Shown: positions 36,734 through 47,166, numbered from the stretch's first letter. The stretch is 64,000 bases of DNA from Bacilli bacterium (GCA_045597865.1 JAZLKX010000052.1:32001-96000); one strand, 5' to 3'. The notes: generated by a model not told the origin, from the sequence alone. Numbers and translations: made by a program.

Positions 36734-37243
36734 ATGTCAGCAGTAAATACAGGAAATTTGTTTTCAACATTGACCGATGCGTTGAGTGACCTTGATGGCG
36801 CTTTTAATAACATTTATCAGAAGCCAGGCTTGGCAAAGGATTTGCGTGCCGCAGCTGAAGAAATCCGCAACAATGTTGAAACTGCTCTTGACCAGGTTCC
36901 GGCTAACATCTGGCTGGACGAAAATGGTGCAAAGACCATTGAGGTCGCTATTCCTGGTAAGACCAAGGAAAATGTTAAGGTTTCAGCAGCCACTGAAAAG
37001 GGTAAGCGCTTCCTTGTCATTGAAGCAAACGCTCCGGAACAGTCCGAAGAACAGAAGGCAGTTGAACAGAAGCGTCAGTGGCTCCATCACAAGATTCGTG
37101 GCATGACCTCCTTGAAGTTCAAGGTTCCCGTTGAGGAAAGCCTTGATATTAAGGCATTGAAGGCTAAGGTTGAAAACGGTCTCTTGACTATCGAGATTCC
37201 GCCAGTACCTGAAGCACAGCCACTTGAATTTGTCATTGACTAA
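36734..37243 (+). CDS. small heat-shock protein (Hsp20/alpha-crystallin)
   Basis: PANI...IEVAIPG..KENV and KAKVENGLLTIEIP motifs. Confidence 0.85.
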   Translation: MSAVNTGNLFSTLTDALSDLDGAFNNIYQKPGLAKDLRAAAEEIRNNVETALDQVPANIWLDENGAKTIEVAIPGKTKENVKVSAATEKGKRFLVIEANAPEQSEEQKAVEQKRQWLHHKIRGMTSLKFKVPVEESLDIKALKAKVENGLLTIEIPPVPEAQPLEFVID

Positions 37244-37264
37244 TTCATAAGTTTTGGAAAGGAG

Positions 37265-37297
37265 AAGAGAGGGCACGGTTCGCCGTGCCCTCTTTTT
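37265..37297 (+). terminator. intrinsic terminator
   Basis: AGAGGGCACGG-TTCG-CCGTGCCCTCT followed by TTTT. Confidence 0.8.
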
Positions 37298-37336
37298 GTG
37301 TCTTATAAATACTGAAACGGTTCATACGAGGTGAAT

Positions 37337-37660
37337 ATGATTTACGGTACAGAAGAATCAAATGGCCCAGCTAAGTTGAAGGTTGATGTATTTAGAAATG
37401 GCGATAAGAAACCAACTGACACAATCTGGGTGCATAATGCTTTTTATAATGATCGTGCTAATGTTGTGTTTGACTATGCCGGCTCAGATCCGTGGCATGA
37501 TAACAGACATACATATGAAACATTGACAGACGATCGTATTGAATATGAAGACGGCGGCATAAAAACGGTTATTGAACTTAAAGACAGTTCAGATAAGATG
37601 ATGCTTTATGACGCCATGGGTCGTAATTTTGTAATGCGTGTAAGGGATCAGTACAAGTAA
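37337..37660 (+). CDS. hypothetical late protein
   Basis: TATAAATA at 37304; GAGG RBS. Confidence 0.55.
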   Translation: MIYGTEESNGPAKLKVDVFRNGDKKPTDTIWVHNAFYNDRANVVFDYAGSDPWHDNRHTYETLTDDRIEYEDGGIKTVIELKDSSDKMMLYDAMGRNFVMRVRDQYK

Positions 37661-38337
37661 TGAAAGATTATGATGTAATTGTTTCACTTACTACTTGGAA
37701 AGGCCGCATCAATGATGATAAGGTCTATAAGGTTATCTTTAGACTTTTGAAACAGCAGGTAACCAACTTTAAGTACAAAGTTGTGTTAGTTCTTTCAAGA
37801 GAAGAATTTGGCGATGATTATGTTTTGCCTGAACCACTTGCATTGATGGAACGGTTTGAACCAAACTTTGAAATACTCTGGACAGATAAGAATACAAAGG
37901 CACTAAAGAAGCTTGACCCAACAATGGCTAAGTATCCTGAGTTGCCTATCATTACAACTGACGATGACATTTTATTAAAGCCAAATGCAATAGACATGAT
38001 GATGCAGGCTCATGTTGGCTATCCTGATGCAATACTTGGAACAGTATGCGGTACATATTTTTGTGATATTTGTCGTGTAGGTAATTTAAGATTATTCCCA
38101 CCACATTCTTTGGCTGATTTGCCTGTATCTGATTTTGAAAAATACTTTAATTGTTTGCATGATGATGAATGGAATGGAATCCGTGCTAAAGCAAAAGGCA
38201 CACGCATGCTGAAGGTTGCTGATAAACTTATTGAAAATGTTTCATACGGCGACCAAACAGATTCATTCAGAAAGATTTACAGCAAATTTGATTTTAAAGC
38301 TGCTTACGATAAGTATATGAAAGAACATAAGGAGTAG
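37660..38337 (+). CDS. GT-A glycosyltransferase-like protein
   Basis: IVSLTTW..RI, KKL.P, IIT.DDD and DDEW motifs. Confidence 0.7.
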   Translation: MKDYDVIVSLTTWKGRINDDKVYKVIFRLLKQQVTNFKYKVVLVLSREEFGDDYVLPEPLALMERFEPNFEILWTDKNTKALKKLDPTMAKYPELPIITTDDDILLKPNAIDMMMQAHVGYPDAILGTVCGTYFCDICRVGNLRLFPPHSLADLPVSDFEKYFNCLHDDEWNGIRAKAKGTRMLKVADKLIENVSYGDQTDSFRKIYSKFDFKAAYDKYMKEHKE

Positions 38338-38344
38338 GTGTACG

Positions 38345-39121
38345 ATGAAAAAGTATTTAACTGAAGTAGTTTTATTAACGAAGAGCTATAATCTTCAGGA
38401 TTTTAAAGATTGGCTACATTGGCATTTAGATATTATTGGTTTTGACCATTGCCATGTATTTGATAATGAAAGTTCAGTAGACATTAAATCGGTGTGTGAT
38501 GCTTATGGTGAAAAAGTTAGTTATGAACTGATAAAAGGTTGGCCTAATCAATACGAACTGTATAATAGATATGTTAATAAAGAAAGTAAAGCTTGGTGGG
38601 TTTTGCCTATTGATGATGATGAATATCTTTGGATGAAAAATTTTGATAACGTAAATAAAATGATTTTGTATTATCAAGATAAATGGAAAGATATGAACAA
38701 GTTAAGTATTAGATGGCAGAACATGTTTCCAAAAGATCCAAAAGCTGACCGCGGAAATAAATCACTTATGGAATTTAATACTGAAAATAATACCAAATGG
38801 GCAAATTTTTTTACAGGCGGAAATTTACCAGTAAAAACATTTGTAAAGACTACAAATGAAGTTATATATGATGAAAAGTCTAGTCAAACTCATAATCCTA
38901 TAGTAAATAATCAAATGTCATATCTATGTAATGGCGCTAGATTAAAAGGAAATTGGTTTAGAAGTGGCCCATATAATGATGCTGACGTAAAACTTTTACA
39001 TTTTCAGTATAAGTCAGCTAAAGAATGGGAATGGAAATGCAAAAATAGATTAGCTATTTTTGGAAAAAAGAAATTTGTTTATACGGCTGGCCAGGAAAAA
39101 ATTATTGAGAGGATGAAATGA
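38345..39121 (+). CDS. GT-A glycosyltransferase (GT92-like), paralog of 4368-5216
   Basis: LTKSY.L.DF..W, DNES, GWPNQ, IDDDEY and HFQYKS motifs. Confidence 0.7.
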   Translation: MKKYLTEVVLLTKSYNLQDFKDWLHWHLDIIGFDHCHVFDNESSVDIKSVCDAYGEKVSYELIKGWPNQYELYNRYVNKESKAWWVLPIDDDEYLWMKNFDNVNKMILYYQDKWKDMNKLSIRWQNMFPKDPKADRGNKSLMEFNTENNTKWANFFTGGNLPVKTFVKTTNEVIYDEKSSQTHNPIVNNQMSYLCNGARLKGNWFRSGPYNDADVKLLHFQYKSAKEWEWKCKNRLAIFGKKKFVYTAGQEKIIERMK

Positions 39122-39963
39122 TATATTTTGTAAATCCACCCAGACATCCAAACATTGGCGATATAGCAATTTTTTATGCTAGTTCATTACTTTTTAATAA
39201 ACATGAACTTAAATATGAAATTATGAATATAGAAAACTATAAAAAATTTACTATTAAACCTGAGGATAAAATAGTAATACTTGGCGGAGGCTGGGTTGGA
39301 ATATACGATTGTTCTTTAACTGATTTTTATTATGATATTATAAACAAATATGAAAAGACTAATAAAATAATTATGATGCCGAATTCATTTGCGCCAATAA
39401 AGAAATCTTTTAATAAAATAGTTAATGCTAAAATTACAATCTTTGCACGAGATCCAATATCATATGATAATTATAAAAAGTATTTTAAAAATGCAACTGT
39501 TAAATTATGTCCAGATATAGTATATTCGTTACCCAGAATAGATTATGCTCACGAAACAACAAATTGTACCGGCGTGTATGCTAGAAAAGATGTAGAAACG
39601 GTTAAAGGAATTGAAAAAATTAAAGGCGAATATGTATCTAGGTTTTTACAAAAATCAATAAATTATGATAAAAATTTAGATGCTTTATTTAATGTTGTGT
39701 ATAAACAAATTTTTACAATGACTAAATATGATGTAATTGTAACTGATACATTACATATGTCTATTTTTGCATATTTACTTAAAAAACCATGTATCATATT
39801 TGACAATAATTATGGCAAAGTTAATAATACATGGAAACAATATAAACATGCCTGTGTATGTCCTTATGATAATAATTTAGGACAAGACATAAACAAATAT
39901 AATTTTAATTATGAAGATATAGATTTTAATTTTGATGAGTTAGTCGCTGAATTAAAGAAATAA
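39118..39963 (+). CDS. polysaccharide pyruvyl transferase-like protein
   Basis: NIGD.AI, GGG, ARD..S, PD.V, TD.LH and NNYGK motifs. Confidence 0.8.
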   Translation: MIYFVNPPRHPNIGDIAIFYASSLLFNKHELKYEIMNIENYKKFTIKPEDKIVILGGGWVGIYDCSLTDFYYDIINKYEKTNKIIMMPNSFAPIKKSFNKIVNAKITIFARDPISYDNYKKYFKNATVKLCPDIVYSLPRIDYAHETTNCTGVYARKDVETVKGIEKIKGEYVSRFLQKSINYDKNLDALFNVVYKQIFTMTKYDVIVTDTLHMSIFAYLLKKPCIIFDNNYGKVNNTWKQYKHACVCPYDNNLGQDINKYNFNYEDIDFNFDELVAELKK

Positions 39964-40584
39964 ATCTTTTAAAATCGGATGTGACTTATAATTATGTAAA
40001 GCTCCAACATCAGTATGAAATAAATATGGAAATTTGTTTGGATGAACATATAAAATTGATATTTTTTTCTCTTTACACATTTTAAAATAAAAAGCATCAT
40101 CTGATTTTAAATAGTGTTTATATTCTTTATAAAATTTTTCTAAAGTTTTATCATCTAAAAAACCAGGTGGATATAATGTACATGGGCCCTGTGTACAGCC
40201 ATTTTGCTTTTTGTATGTTATAACATTTAATTTATTTAAACAGTATTTTTCATACAGTTCTTCAGCATAATTATATGTGTATAAACAGTCGTCATCTGCA
40301 CTTATGATAGGCACAGTTTTATACTTATCCATCGTAAACAGAACTTTCTTAAGTGATTTATAGTTCTTATATACCCATAAGATTTCAAAGTACTTACTAA
40401 GAAGCATCAAGTCTTTTGGCAATTCTTCTTCTTTCTTAGGAAATTCTTCTTCACTAAGTACAAGTACGATATGAAAACCCGGACAGTTCTTAATCAAACT
40501 ATAAATGGTTTTACCTACAGTATTGATTCTTGCTTTCCAGCTTGTTAAACTAATGATTGCCTTTTCACCTTGATACTCTTTCAT
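39952..40584 (-). CDS. GT-A glycosyltransferase-like protein, paralog of 37660-38337
   Basis: IISLTSWKARI, VLVLSEEEF, ISADDD and SDD motifs. Confidence 0.7.
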   Translation of the reverse strand: MKEYQGEKAIISLTSWKARINTVGKTIYSLIKNCPGFHIVLVLSEEEFPKKEEELPKDLMLLSKYFEILWVYKNYKSLKKVLFTMDKYKTVPIISADDDCLYTYNYAEELYEKYCLNKLNVITYKKQNGCTQGPCTLYPPGFLDDKTLEKFYKEYKHYLKSDDAFYFKMCKEKKISILYVHPNKFPYLFHTDVGALHNYKSHPILKDLFL

Positions 40585-40593
40585 TTATAGCAC

Positions 40594-41455
40594 CTAAATC
40601 TTAATTCCATCCACTTCAGTCTGATTCTTTGATGCAGCGACTAACTCTTTTAGTCGCTGCTCTTCTTCCGCGAAATAATCAGGCTTCTTGTACTTACCTT
40701 TGTTTCGCCATTCGGTTTTCCATTTCTTCTTGAAACCATAATCAGGATCGTACTTCTTAGTCACATACTTCGCAGGTACGTTGTTTGTAAGATACACACC
40801 TTCTTCCGTTGTCGGATCTCGATAGATCTCATAACCCTTCGGCACAAGTACGCGGTAGCAGTAGATATGTTCATCGTCTTCATCATGTTCATTTGTGACC
40901 ATGCTGTAAGCTCTGTCAATATCGCCGTAATCAAAGATGCAGTAGATTCGGCCATCATATACATCAAAGTCGTTATCCTTCTCACGGCTACGGCAACGAA
41001 TGCCTTTTTCATCAAGATCGCCGATATGACTTAGATGATACAGAATACGGAGCCCCGTCTTTCTGTCAATTTCAAAACTGTCATCATCAACACGTTCATC
41101 AGGATGGTATGTATTTGGCGTCACCCAGATCTCGTCGTCGTCCCCATCTATCTTTTGGTTCATGTATGCTTACATTGAAACCGCAGGTCTGACAGATCTT
41201 CTTAAATTCATCAGCAGGAATTTTCTCCAGTACATCTTTGCTGAAAATGTAAGTGTCTTCGTATGTGCTGCTTGTTCTTGACAGATATTCATCAAACATG
41301 CTGAGATAGTCATAATCAGGATCATATGCAGGATCGTCTTTTGACGGCAGAAGCTTCTTACCAATGATCAGCTTCAATTTCTTATCATTTGCCCATACGG
41401 ATTCAGCTATGTAACCGTTCTCAGCGAGAATTTTTAAAGATTCAGAAAGATTCAT
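40594..41455 (-). pseudogene. hypothetical protein split by a +1 frameshift near 41143 (possibly an assembly error)
   Basis: ORFs 41099-41455 and 40594-41163 join as ...KDRW/DDDEIW if one base is removed from the 4-base run at 41142-41145. Confidence 0.5.
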
Positions 41456-41740
41456 TTTATAGCGCCCATATAATTAAACCAACAATGATACTTGCTGCTA
41501 GTATCAACTCAAATTCAGTGCATTTGTACTTATCATTAGGATCCTGCTCGTGCATCTTAATCCTCCTCACGAATAATTTCGCGTAAAATGCCTAGAATCA
41601 CAAAAGTCCAAACTATCACATTCATCTCACTTTATTTATTTGGTATTTTTATAAATAATTTACGAGGATGATTAAGGTTGCTTGGCTAAATAATCACGGC
41701 ACTTACTTTTGAATAAATACATTAAAAGGAGTTTTAACAG

Positions 41741-43060
41741 ATGAAGCTAACAGAAGCATTAGGAATTTTGAAAAAGAACGGCGCCATCATTTCAGAAGCA
41801 AATAAGGTTGACGCTGGTTATGATCATCGTGGTTGGGCTCGTTATGGTTTTAACAGCCCTAACAAGAACCGCGGCTATGTAAAGATGCTGAATTTCCTTT
41901 ATCATGCTGAAAATGGTATGAGCAAAAAAGATATTCACAATTGGATGGGTCTAAGTACTGCCCCAGGTAACCATTCTGCAACTTGGACAGAAATGTCTGA
42001 TGCTGGTTTGGCAAAATATGACAAGCATGAACAGGTGTGGAAGATTACTACTAAGGGTAGAAAATATCTTGAAGATAATGATCTTGTCATTGACTTTAAA
42101 GAATTGACTGAACCTTATGATAAAGCTGGTGGAGCAGGAAAGAGTTCAAAAGAACTTAGGAATGAACTGGTTGATATTGTTGCCAAGGCTGGCGGCTTAA
42201 CTCGCCGTGAAATATGCAGTGCAATGGATCTTGACTGGGATGTTTGTAAGAACATTCTCAGTGCCTGTTTGCATGCGGGCGAAATTGAATGGGACGATGA
42301 TGCAGGCGTATTTAAGGCAGTTGAAGCAAACGCTGAAAATCTTAAGAAAGAATTCCTTGAAGTATTGAAACGCAAACATACACTTACCTATGAAGAAGCA
42401 GCTGAAGAATTGGGCGTAAGTATCAAGCAGGCCGTTGCTGCAGGTAATGAATGGATTAAAGCCGGCGTTGTTGATTGGAGTCCTAATAACCAGGTATTCT
42501 TCATTCCTAAAAACGATAAGAAACCAAGCGGTGACGACGACGATATGTATGATGATACGCCAATCGTTAAGCAACGTGATGAATCTTTCTTTGGATTCCT
42601 CAAGCAGAACGGCTACCGTCTAGTTGAAGATACTGATGATTCTGATGATCTTGAAATTCAAAAAGACGAATATATTCGTAATCGTCGCCGAGCAGATAGA
42701 TTTGGCCGAGGTAGTCATTCAAATTATGATTGGCGTACAAAGGAAGGAAAAGCACGCCGTGATTTAAATGCATTGGACCCTGATGGGTACTGGGCTAGAG
42801 ACCACTACAACACTAAAACAGACAGAAATCTTCACAGTAAAATATGGAATGCAAAATTATATAATCTTATCAATGCATTGAAAGATGCTGGCCTAAAAGC
42901 TGCACCGCATGATTATTATGATGCATGTGTAAAAAAAGGCAAACATACTTGGTACATTTTAGTGGATTCTGAAAATGATAGCATTCTTGTACAAGATGAA
43001 GATGATGAAGAATACACAACAGTCAATTCTATTGACGAACTAATCAATTTAATTGGCTAA
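41741..43060 (+). CDS. multi-domain protein with winged-helix-like segments, possible internal virion protein
   Basis: AAGGAG RBS, late-type promoters, WKITTKGR and LTRREI..A segments, N-terminal L-x-EAL-x-IL-x-x-NG motif. Confidence 0.55.
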   Translation: MKLTEALGILKKNGAIISEANKVDAGYDHRGWARYGFNSPNKNRGYVKMLNFLYHAENGMSKKDIHNWMGLSTAPGNHSATWTEMSDAGLAKYDKHEQVWKITTKGRKYLEDNDLVIDFKELTEPYDKAGGAGKSSKELRNELVDIVAKAGGLTRREICSAMDLDWDVCKNILSACLHAGEIEWDDDAGVFKAVEANAENLKKEFLEVLKRKHTLTYEEAAEELGVSIKQAVAAGNEWIKAGVVDWSPNNQVFFIPKNDKKPSGDDDDMYDDTPIVKQRDESFFGFLKQNGYRLVEDTDDSDDLEIQKDEYIRNRRRADRFGRGSHSNYDWRTKEGKARRDLNALDPDGYWARDHYNTKTDRNLHSKIWNAKLYNLINALKDAGLKAAPHDYYDACVKKGKHTWYILVDSENDSILVQDEDDEEYTTVNSIDELINLIG

Positions 43061-43136
43061 TAAGATAACAATTTTTCATTCAATTCCGCAATCTTTGAAT
43101 GAAAAAAAATGATTGCGAAATGGAGATAAAAATAAT

Positions 43137-43595
43137 ATGTTGCTAAGTGAAGCTAAAGAAATCCTAAAGAGGAATGGTTACCGTCTTACTGAAGTTTATG
43201 ATGCAGTAACTGACAGAAATAACATTAAGAATTCTCGTCAGTCACGCACAAACGGCTATGTTCCTTATATACTTAAAAGAATTAGATTGGCATTAGCTGA
43301 AGAAGGAGTTGAAGCTGAACTACGTGGTGACCGTACTGGATCCTGGTTAAAAATCGGTCATTTCACTTTGTGGCAGACTACACAAGACTGGGAGTCAGGA
43401 TATGTGAATCATGTTCCTAGAAGTGTTGAAAAAGATAACATTGGACCTGAAAGCGGACAACACGCTGATTTTAAATCAGTTGAAACTGAAGTTACTTTAA
43501 CACTATATTCTGGTATGAAACAAGTTGACACTGCTGATTTTGACCCTCGTAATACTCCAAGCATGGTTGAATGGATTCTTGACCACATTGAATAA
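43137..43595 (+). CDS. hypothetical protein with L-S-EA-x-x-IL-x-x-NGY leader
   Basis: GGAG RBS; leader motif shared with neighbours. Confidence 0.6.
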   Translation: MLLSEAKEILKRNGYRLTEVYDAVTDRNNIKNSRQSRTNGYVPYILKRIRLALAEEGVEAELRGDRTGSWLKIGHFTLWQTTQDWESGYVNHVPRSVEKDNIGPESGQHADFKSVETEVTLTLYSGMKQVDTADFDPRNTPSMVEWILDHIE

Positions 43596-43708
43596 GATTG
43601 TTCCAAGGATTCTGAAATATAAGTAAATACTTCGGAAAAAATTATTTAAGGCCGGCGTCAAAGCGCCGGTTTTTTATTATATTTGAATAAAATCAAAAAG
43701 GAAGCAAT

Positions 43709-43906
43709 ATGTCACCATTACTTTTGGTCATAACACTTTTCATCTATCAGATTCTGGCACAGATCATCGGCGCGGGCGCAGCTAAAAAGGCAGCAACGAA
43801 CGGCGATAAAGTAAACATGCTACATTTGGCCGGATTTTACTATGCGTGGCAATTTATCTTTCAGCTCATATTCGTGATTGTTTTAAGTCAGCTAGGTGTG
43901 ATATAA
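43709..43906 (+). CDS. two-TM small protein
   Basis: AAGGA RBS; hydrophobic. Confidence 0.5.
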   Translation: MSPLLLVITLFIYQILAQIIGAGAAKKAATNGDKVNMLHLAGFYYAWQFIFQLIFVIVLSQLGVI

Positions 43907-43937
43907 ATAACATACCAAAAATTAAGGAGAAATCAAA

Positions 43938-44438
43938 ATGATTAAGGAATCAAAGAAGTTTACTAAGTATCAGTTGAAGACTGCTTTCGAGTATTTCAAT
44001 GACTTGTTCAATAAGCCGGGACAGAATCCTACTTATTCTGCATTCATCTATGCCAACCATGAAATCTTGTTGCCGCATTATCTTGCACTTCAACAGGCTG
44101 TGTATGATGAAAACAACGATCCTCAGTATCGTGAATTCCAGCACAGAGCTCGTGACATTCAGGTTAAGCACGCTGATGTTGATGAAAACAACAAGAAGAA
44201 GTTTACTGAAAATGGTGAACCTATCGTAACAGTAAACCGCGAAGCAGCTATGAAGGAACTTGGCGCTTTGCAGGAAGAATATAAGGAACTTATTACTCGC
44301 ATTCAGAATAAGAATCAGACAAACTCTGCCCTTTATGGTCAGACTGTTGAATTGGAAGTTGTAGTACTTCCGGCAACTCAATTCGTAAACGACGCGCCTC
44401 CGTACATTGTTGGTGCATTCATCACAGGAGCTATCTAA
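43938..44438 (+). CDS. hypothetical late protein, paralog of 2126-2650
   Basis: TATAAATA at 43902; AAGGAG RBS. Confidence 0.65.
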   Translation: MIKESKKFTKYQLKTAFEYFNDLFNKPGQNPTYSAFIYANHEILLPHYLALQQAVYDENNDPQYREFQHRARDIQVKHADVDENNKKKFTENGEPIVTVNREAAMKELGALQEEYKELITRIQNKNQTNSALYGQTVELEVVVLPATQFVNDAPPYIVGAFITGAI

Positions 44439-44439
44439 T

Positions 44440-44781
44440 ATGTTCAATGCGCCGATCTCTACTGCAAACCTGCTATCGGCTGAAACTATCAAATTCTATG
44501 TGCTAAGACATAGGAAAACCGGAGCATACTTTACTGGTGCACACAGTGAGCCATCAACTTTGCATGCAATGTATGCTGGAACTATCACCGAATGCGATAT
44601 TTTTGCTTCCAAAGATACAGCAGAAGCAATGCGGTCAAATGCGCTAAAGAAACTTTCAGACGATGTGATGACAGCAAACGAAGTTTGTATGTATGACTTC
44701 ATTGCGGAATCTGAAATCGTCACAGTTGAAAAAACCGTTACATATCGTGAACCTACAGGTGTAGCTCCACGAGGAGTTTAA
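44440..44781 (+). CDS. hypothetical protein
   Basis: AGGAG RBS. Confidence 0.55.
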   Translation: MFNAPISTANLLSAETIKFYVLRHRKTGAYFTGAHSEPSTLHAMYAGTITECDIFASKDTAEAMRSNALKKLSDDVMTANEVCMYDFIAESEIVTVEKTVTYREPTGVAPRGV

Positions 44782-44787
44782 TAAAAC

Positions 44788-45318
44788 ATGCCTGATTACA
44801 ATGTTGAGATTTTACAACATCCAACAGAAGATGATTGGCAAACAGTAAAGCTTCTTGCCTTAAACACGATGGGCAAGAGCTATATGAAGGATAAGGAAAT
44901 GTCTCAGGAATTGAAGGCTAAATATCTTCGTTCTGAGCATTCACCTATTCGTGCTTTGCAGTTTATCATCAAGATGGAAATTCCGTATTATGTTTCTACA
45001 CACCTTGTAAGACATAAGTACGGCGTTGAACATTTTATTCAGTCACAGCGAAATGATCGTCAGGATAAGTATGACCGTGAACAGGCACCACAGGGCGCTT
45101 TGGTATCACATATCATGCTTGTCAATGCTCAAGCGCTGATGGCTATGTCAAGAAAGCGTCTGTGTGGTAAAGCTGATATTACTACGCAGAAGGTTTGGAG
45201 AACTGTTGTCAAAAAGGTACTTGAAACTAATCCTGAATTTAAGGAAGTTCTCGTTCCTAACTGTGAATACCTACATTCTTGCCCTGAGTTCCAATCTTGT
45301 GGGCGTTGGAAAGAATAA
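44788..45318 (+). CDS. thyX: flavin-dependent thymidylate synthase
   Basis: H.SP, ThyX-type motif VRHK-x7-SQR, and R.C motif. Confidence 0.8.
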   Translation: MPDYNVEILQHPTEDDWQTVKLLALNTMGKSYMKDKEMSQELKAKYLRSEHSPIRALQFIIKMEIPYYVSTHLVRHKYGVEHFIQSQRNDRQDKYDREQAPQGALVSHIMLVNAQALMAMSRKRLCGKADITTQKVWRTVVKKVLETNPEFKEVLVPNCEYLHSCPEFQSCGRWKE

Positions 45319-45764
45319 TGAAAGATGTTGCTATAAAATGCGATTTTAAGAAGGCAATGAGCGATGCTCATTGCCTTCTTACTAAAAAGGATATGGCTAC
45401 TTTTCTTAACAAGCATCCGTTGCTTCAAAAGAATGGTGACCAAACAACATATTCGTTTAAAGACATTCCAGAAATCGGCCAAGTTATCTCAATAGCAACG
45501 ACATATATGCATGTTGCTGAGGGTTATAAAATACGAGATGAACACGGATATTACACCGATGTATATCGTGTAGAACCTGAAATCTTTGCTATAGGCTGGC
45601 AGCGATATACATATAAGCTTATGACTGCTGAATTGGTGGATAACATTATCAAAGCAGTTCATACAGCAGCACTTGAAGCACAAAAACAGCACAGACGGGC
45701 TATGGTTGAATGGAATAAGTATCTTATTATGCAAGAAGCTGAACAGGATTTATGCTCCACATAA
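45318..45764 (+). CDS. hypothetical protein
   Basis: TAATG coupling to thyX. Confidence 0.55.
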   Translation: MKDVAIKCDFKKAMSDAHCLLTKKDMATFLNKHPLLQKNGDQTTYSFKDIPEIGQVISIATTYMHVAEGYKIRDEHGYYTDVYRVEPEIFAIGWQRYTYKLMTAELVDNIIKAVHTAALEAQKQHRRAMVEWNKYLIMQEAEQDLCST

Positions 45765-46567
45765 TTTGTTTGACAAAAAGTTACCGACTTGATGATTTTG
45801 AATGCTGGGTAAAGTTCCATGTTGGTCCTAACACGAAGATACATATCATTGATAATGATTCTTCGGTAAACATTGAACCCATTTGTCAGAAATACGGCTT
45901 AGAAAGAATCACACTTTTTGGCTTTGCTGACCAATGGGGACTTTTTGGTAACATACTAAATGGAAAAACAGAGATAAAGTTTGAAGAGGACGACATTGTG
46001 ATGTTCTTAGATGACGATGAATTCCTTTGGTATGATGGAAATAAGTATTCGTCCTTAGAATGCGCATTAAAAGCCAGTTTTAAACAGACGGGTTGTTTAT
46101 TATTGCCTGAAATTTTGATGTCCACGCATCATTTAACGGTCGGTAGAAGCACTGTTTGTCCCGAGGCGTGCTATTATCGCCGAGGCGATTTGTCAAGCCA
46201 AGGAAAAGCAGCAGTTTTATGGGCGTCTTGGCTCAAATACTCCTTTAATCACGGCGATACTGAAATTGGACATGTGCCGTGGATAAACAAGCACCGCTAT
46301 TCTGATGTACTCGGATCGGATGTAAGTAAGACTACTTACGGACTTTGTGATTATGAGGCTCCTTTGAGACTTTATCATTATCATATTAAGTCGGAAACTG
46401 ATTGGAATATCAAAATACAACGAGGATCTGCCGCGGTATTTGTGAATAAACCCGGAAAAAACGGAAGTTATGACCCGGACATTACCAAAGATAAGAAATT
46501 TGGTGGGTATGACATCCCGGATTTTACTATGAAGCAAGCTTGGGAAAGAATCAAAGGAAATTCTTAG
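45752..46567 (+). CDS. GT-A glycosyltransferase (GT92-like), third paralog
   Basis: LTKSYRL.DF, IDNDS, FLDDDEF, GHVP and RLYHYHIKS, closely matching 4368-5216. Confidence 0.72.
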   Translation: MLHIICLTKSYRLDDFECWVKFHVGPNTKIHIIDNDSSVNIEPICQKYGLERITLFGFADQWGLFGNILNGKTEIKFEEDDIVMFLDDDEFLWYDGNKYSSLECALKASFKQTGCLLLPEILMSTHHLTVGRSTVCPEACYYRRGDLSSQGKAAVLWASWLKYSFNHGDTEIGHVPWINKHRYSDVLGSDVSKTTYGLCDYEAPLRLYHYHIKSETDWNIKIQRGSAAVFVNKPGKNGSYDPDITKDKKFGGYDIPDFTMKQAWERIKGNS

Positions 46568-46632
46568 CTTGACTATTTACAGTAATAGGAAAAGTTGTTA
46601 AATTTTATTCGTAATCAAAATGGAGAAACACA

Positions 46633-47106
46633 ATGCCTAACTATTTCACCCCTGCCCTCTATCTGATCCGCGGTGTTGCGGGTTCCGGCAAGACAACTTA
46701 TGCAAAGAATCATTTGATTCCTATCCTGCAGAAAGAAACCGGTATTGTACCGATTCCGCACTTTGAAGCAGATGACTTCTGGATGAGACGACAGCCGGAT
46801 GGTTCGCTTAAGTATGTGTTTGAACCTGCTAAACTGGGTTTGGCTCATAAGACCTGCCTTGACAATATGAAGGCTGCATTCAACAGCGCAGATTTTCATA
46901 CGGTAGTTGTTGTTTCAAACACTTTCACGACTGAAAAGGAAATGAAGCCTTACATTGAGTTTGCTGAACAGAACGGTATTGAGGTAAACGTCATTCGTAT
47001 GAATACTTGGTACGGTTCAATTCACGATGTTCCTGCCGATGTCATTGACAATATGCGTAAGCGCCTGGAAGCAAATCCATATCCTTATGAAACTGTGATT
47101 GGATAA
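46633..47106 (+). CDS. AAA_33-type P-loop kinase (polynucleotide kinase-like)
   Basis: RGVAGSGKTT, EADDF, VSNTF and SIHDVP motifs. Confidence 0.8.
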   Translation: MPNYFTPALYLIRGVAGSGKTTYAKNHLIPILQKETGIVPIPHFEADDFWMRRQPDGSLKYVFEPAKLGLAHKTCLDNMKAAFNSADFHTVVVVSNTFTTEKEMKPYIEFAEQNGIEVNVIRMNTWYGSIHDVPADVIDNMRKRLEANPYPYETVIG

Positions 47107-47166
47107 ATTAAAACAGGCGAAGCAAAACAACATTTTAGCGCAGCGCATTGCTGCATAAGGATTTTT

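Noticed and set aside
41142-41145. Programmed frameshifting at about 12225, 41143 and 63870
   Set aside because: All three are single extra bases in short homopolymers with no slippery heptamer or stimulator; sequencing/assembly indels or simple decay are more likely
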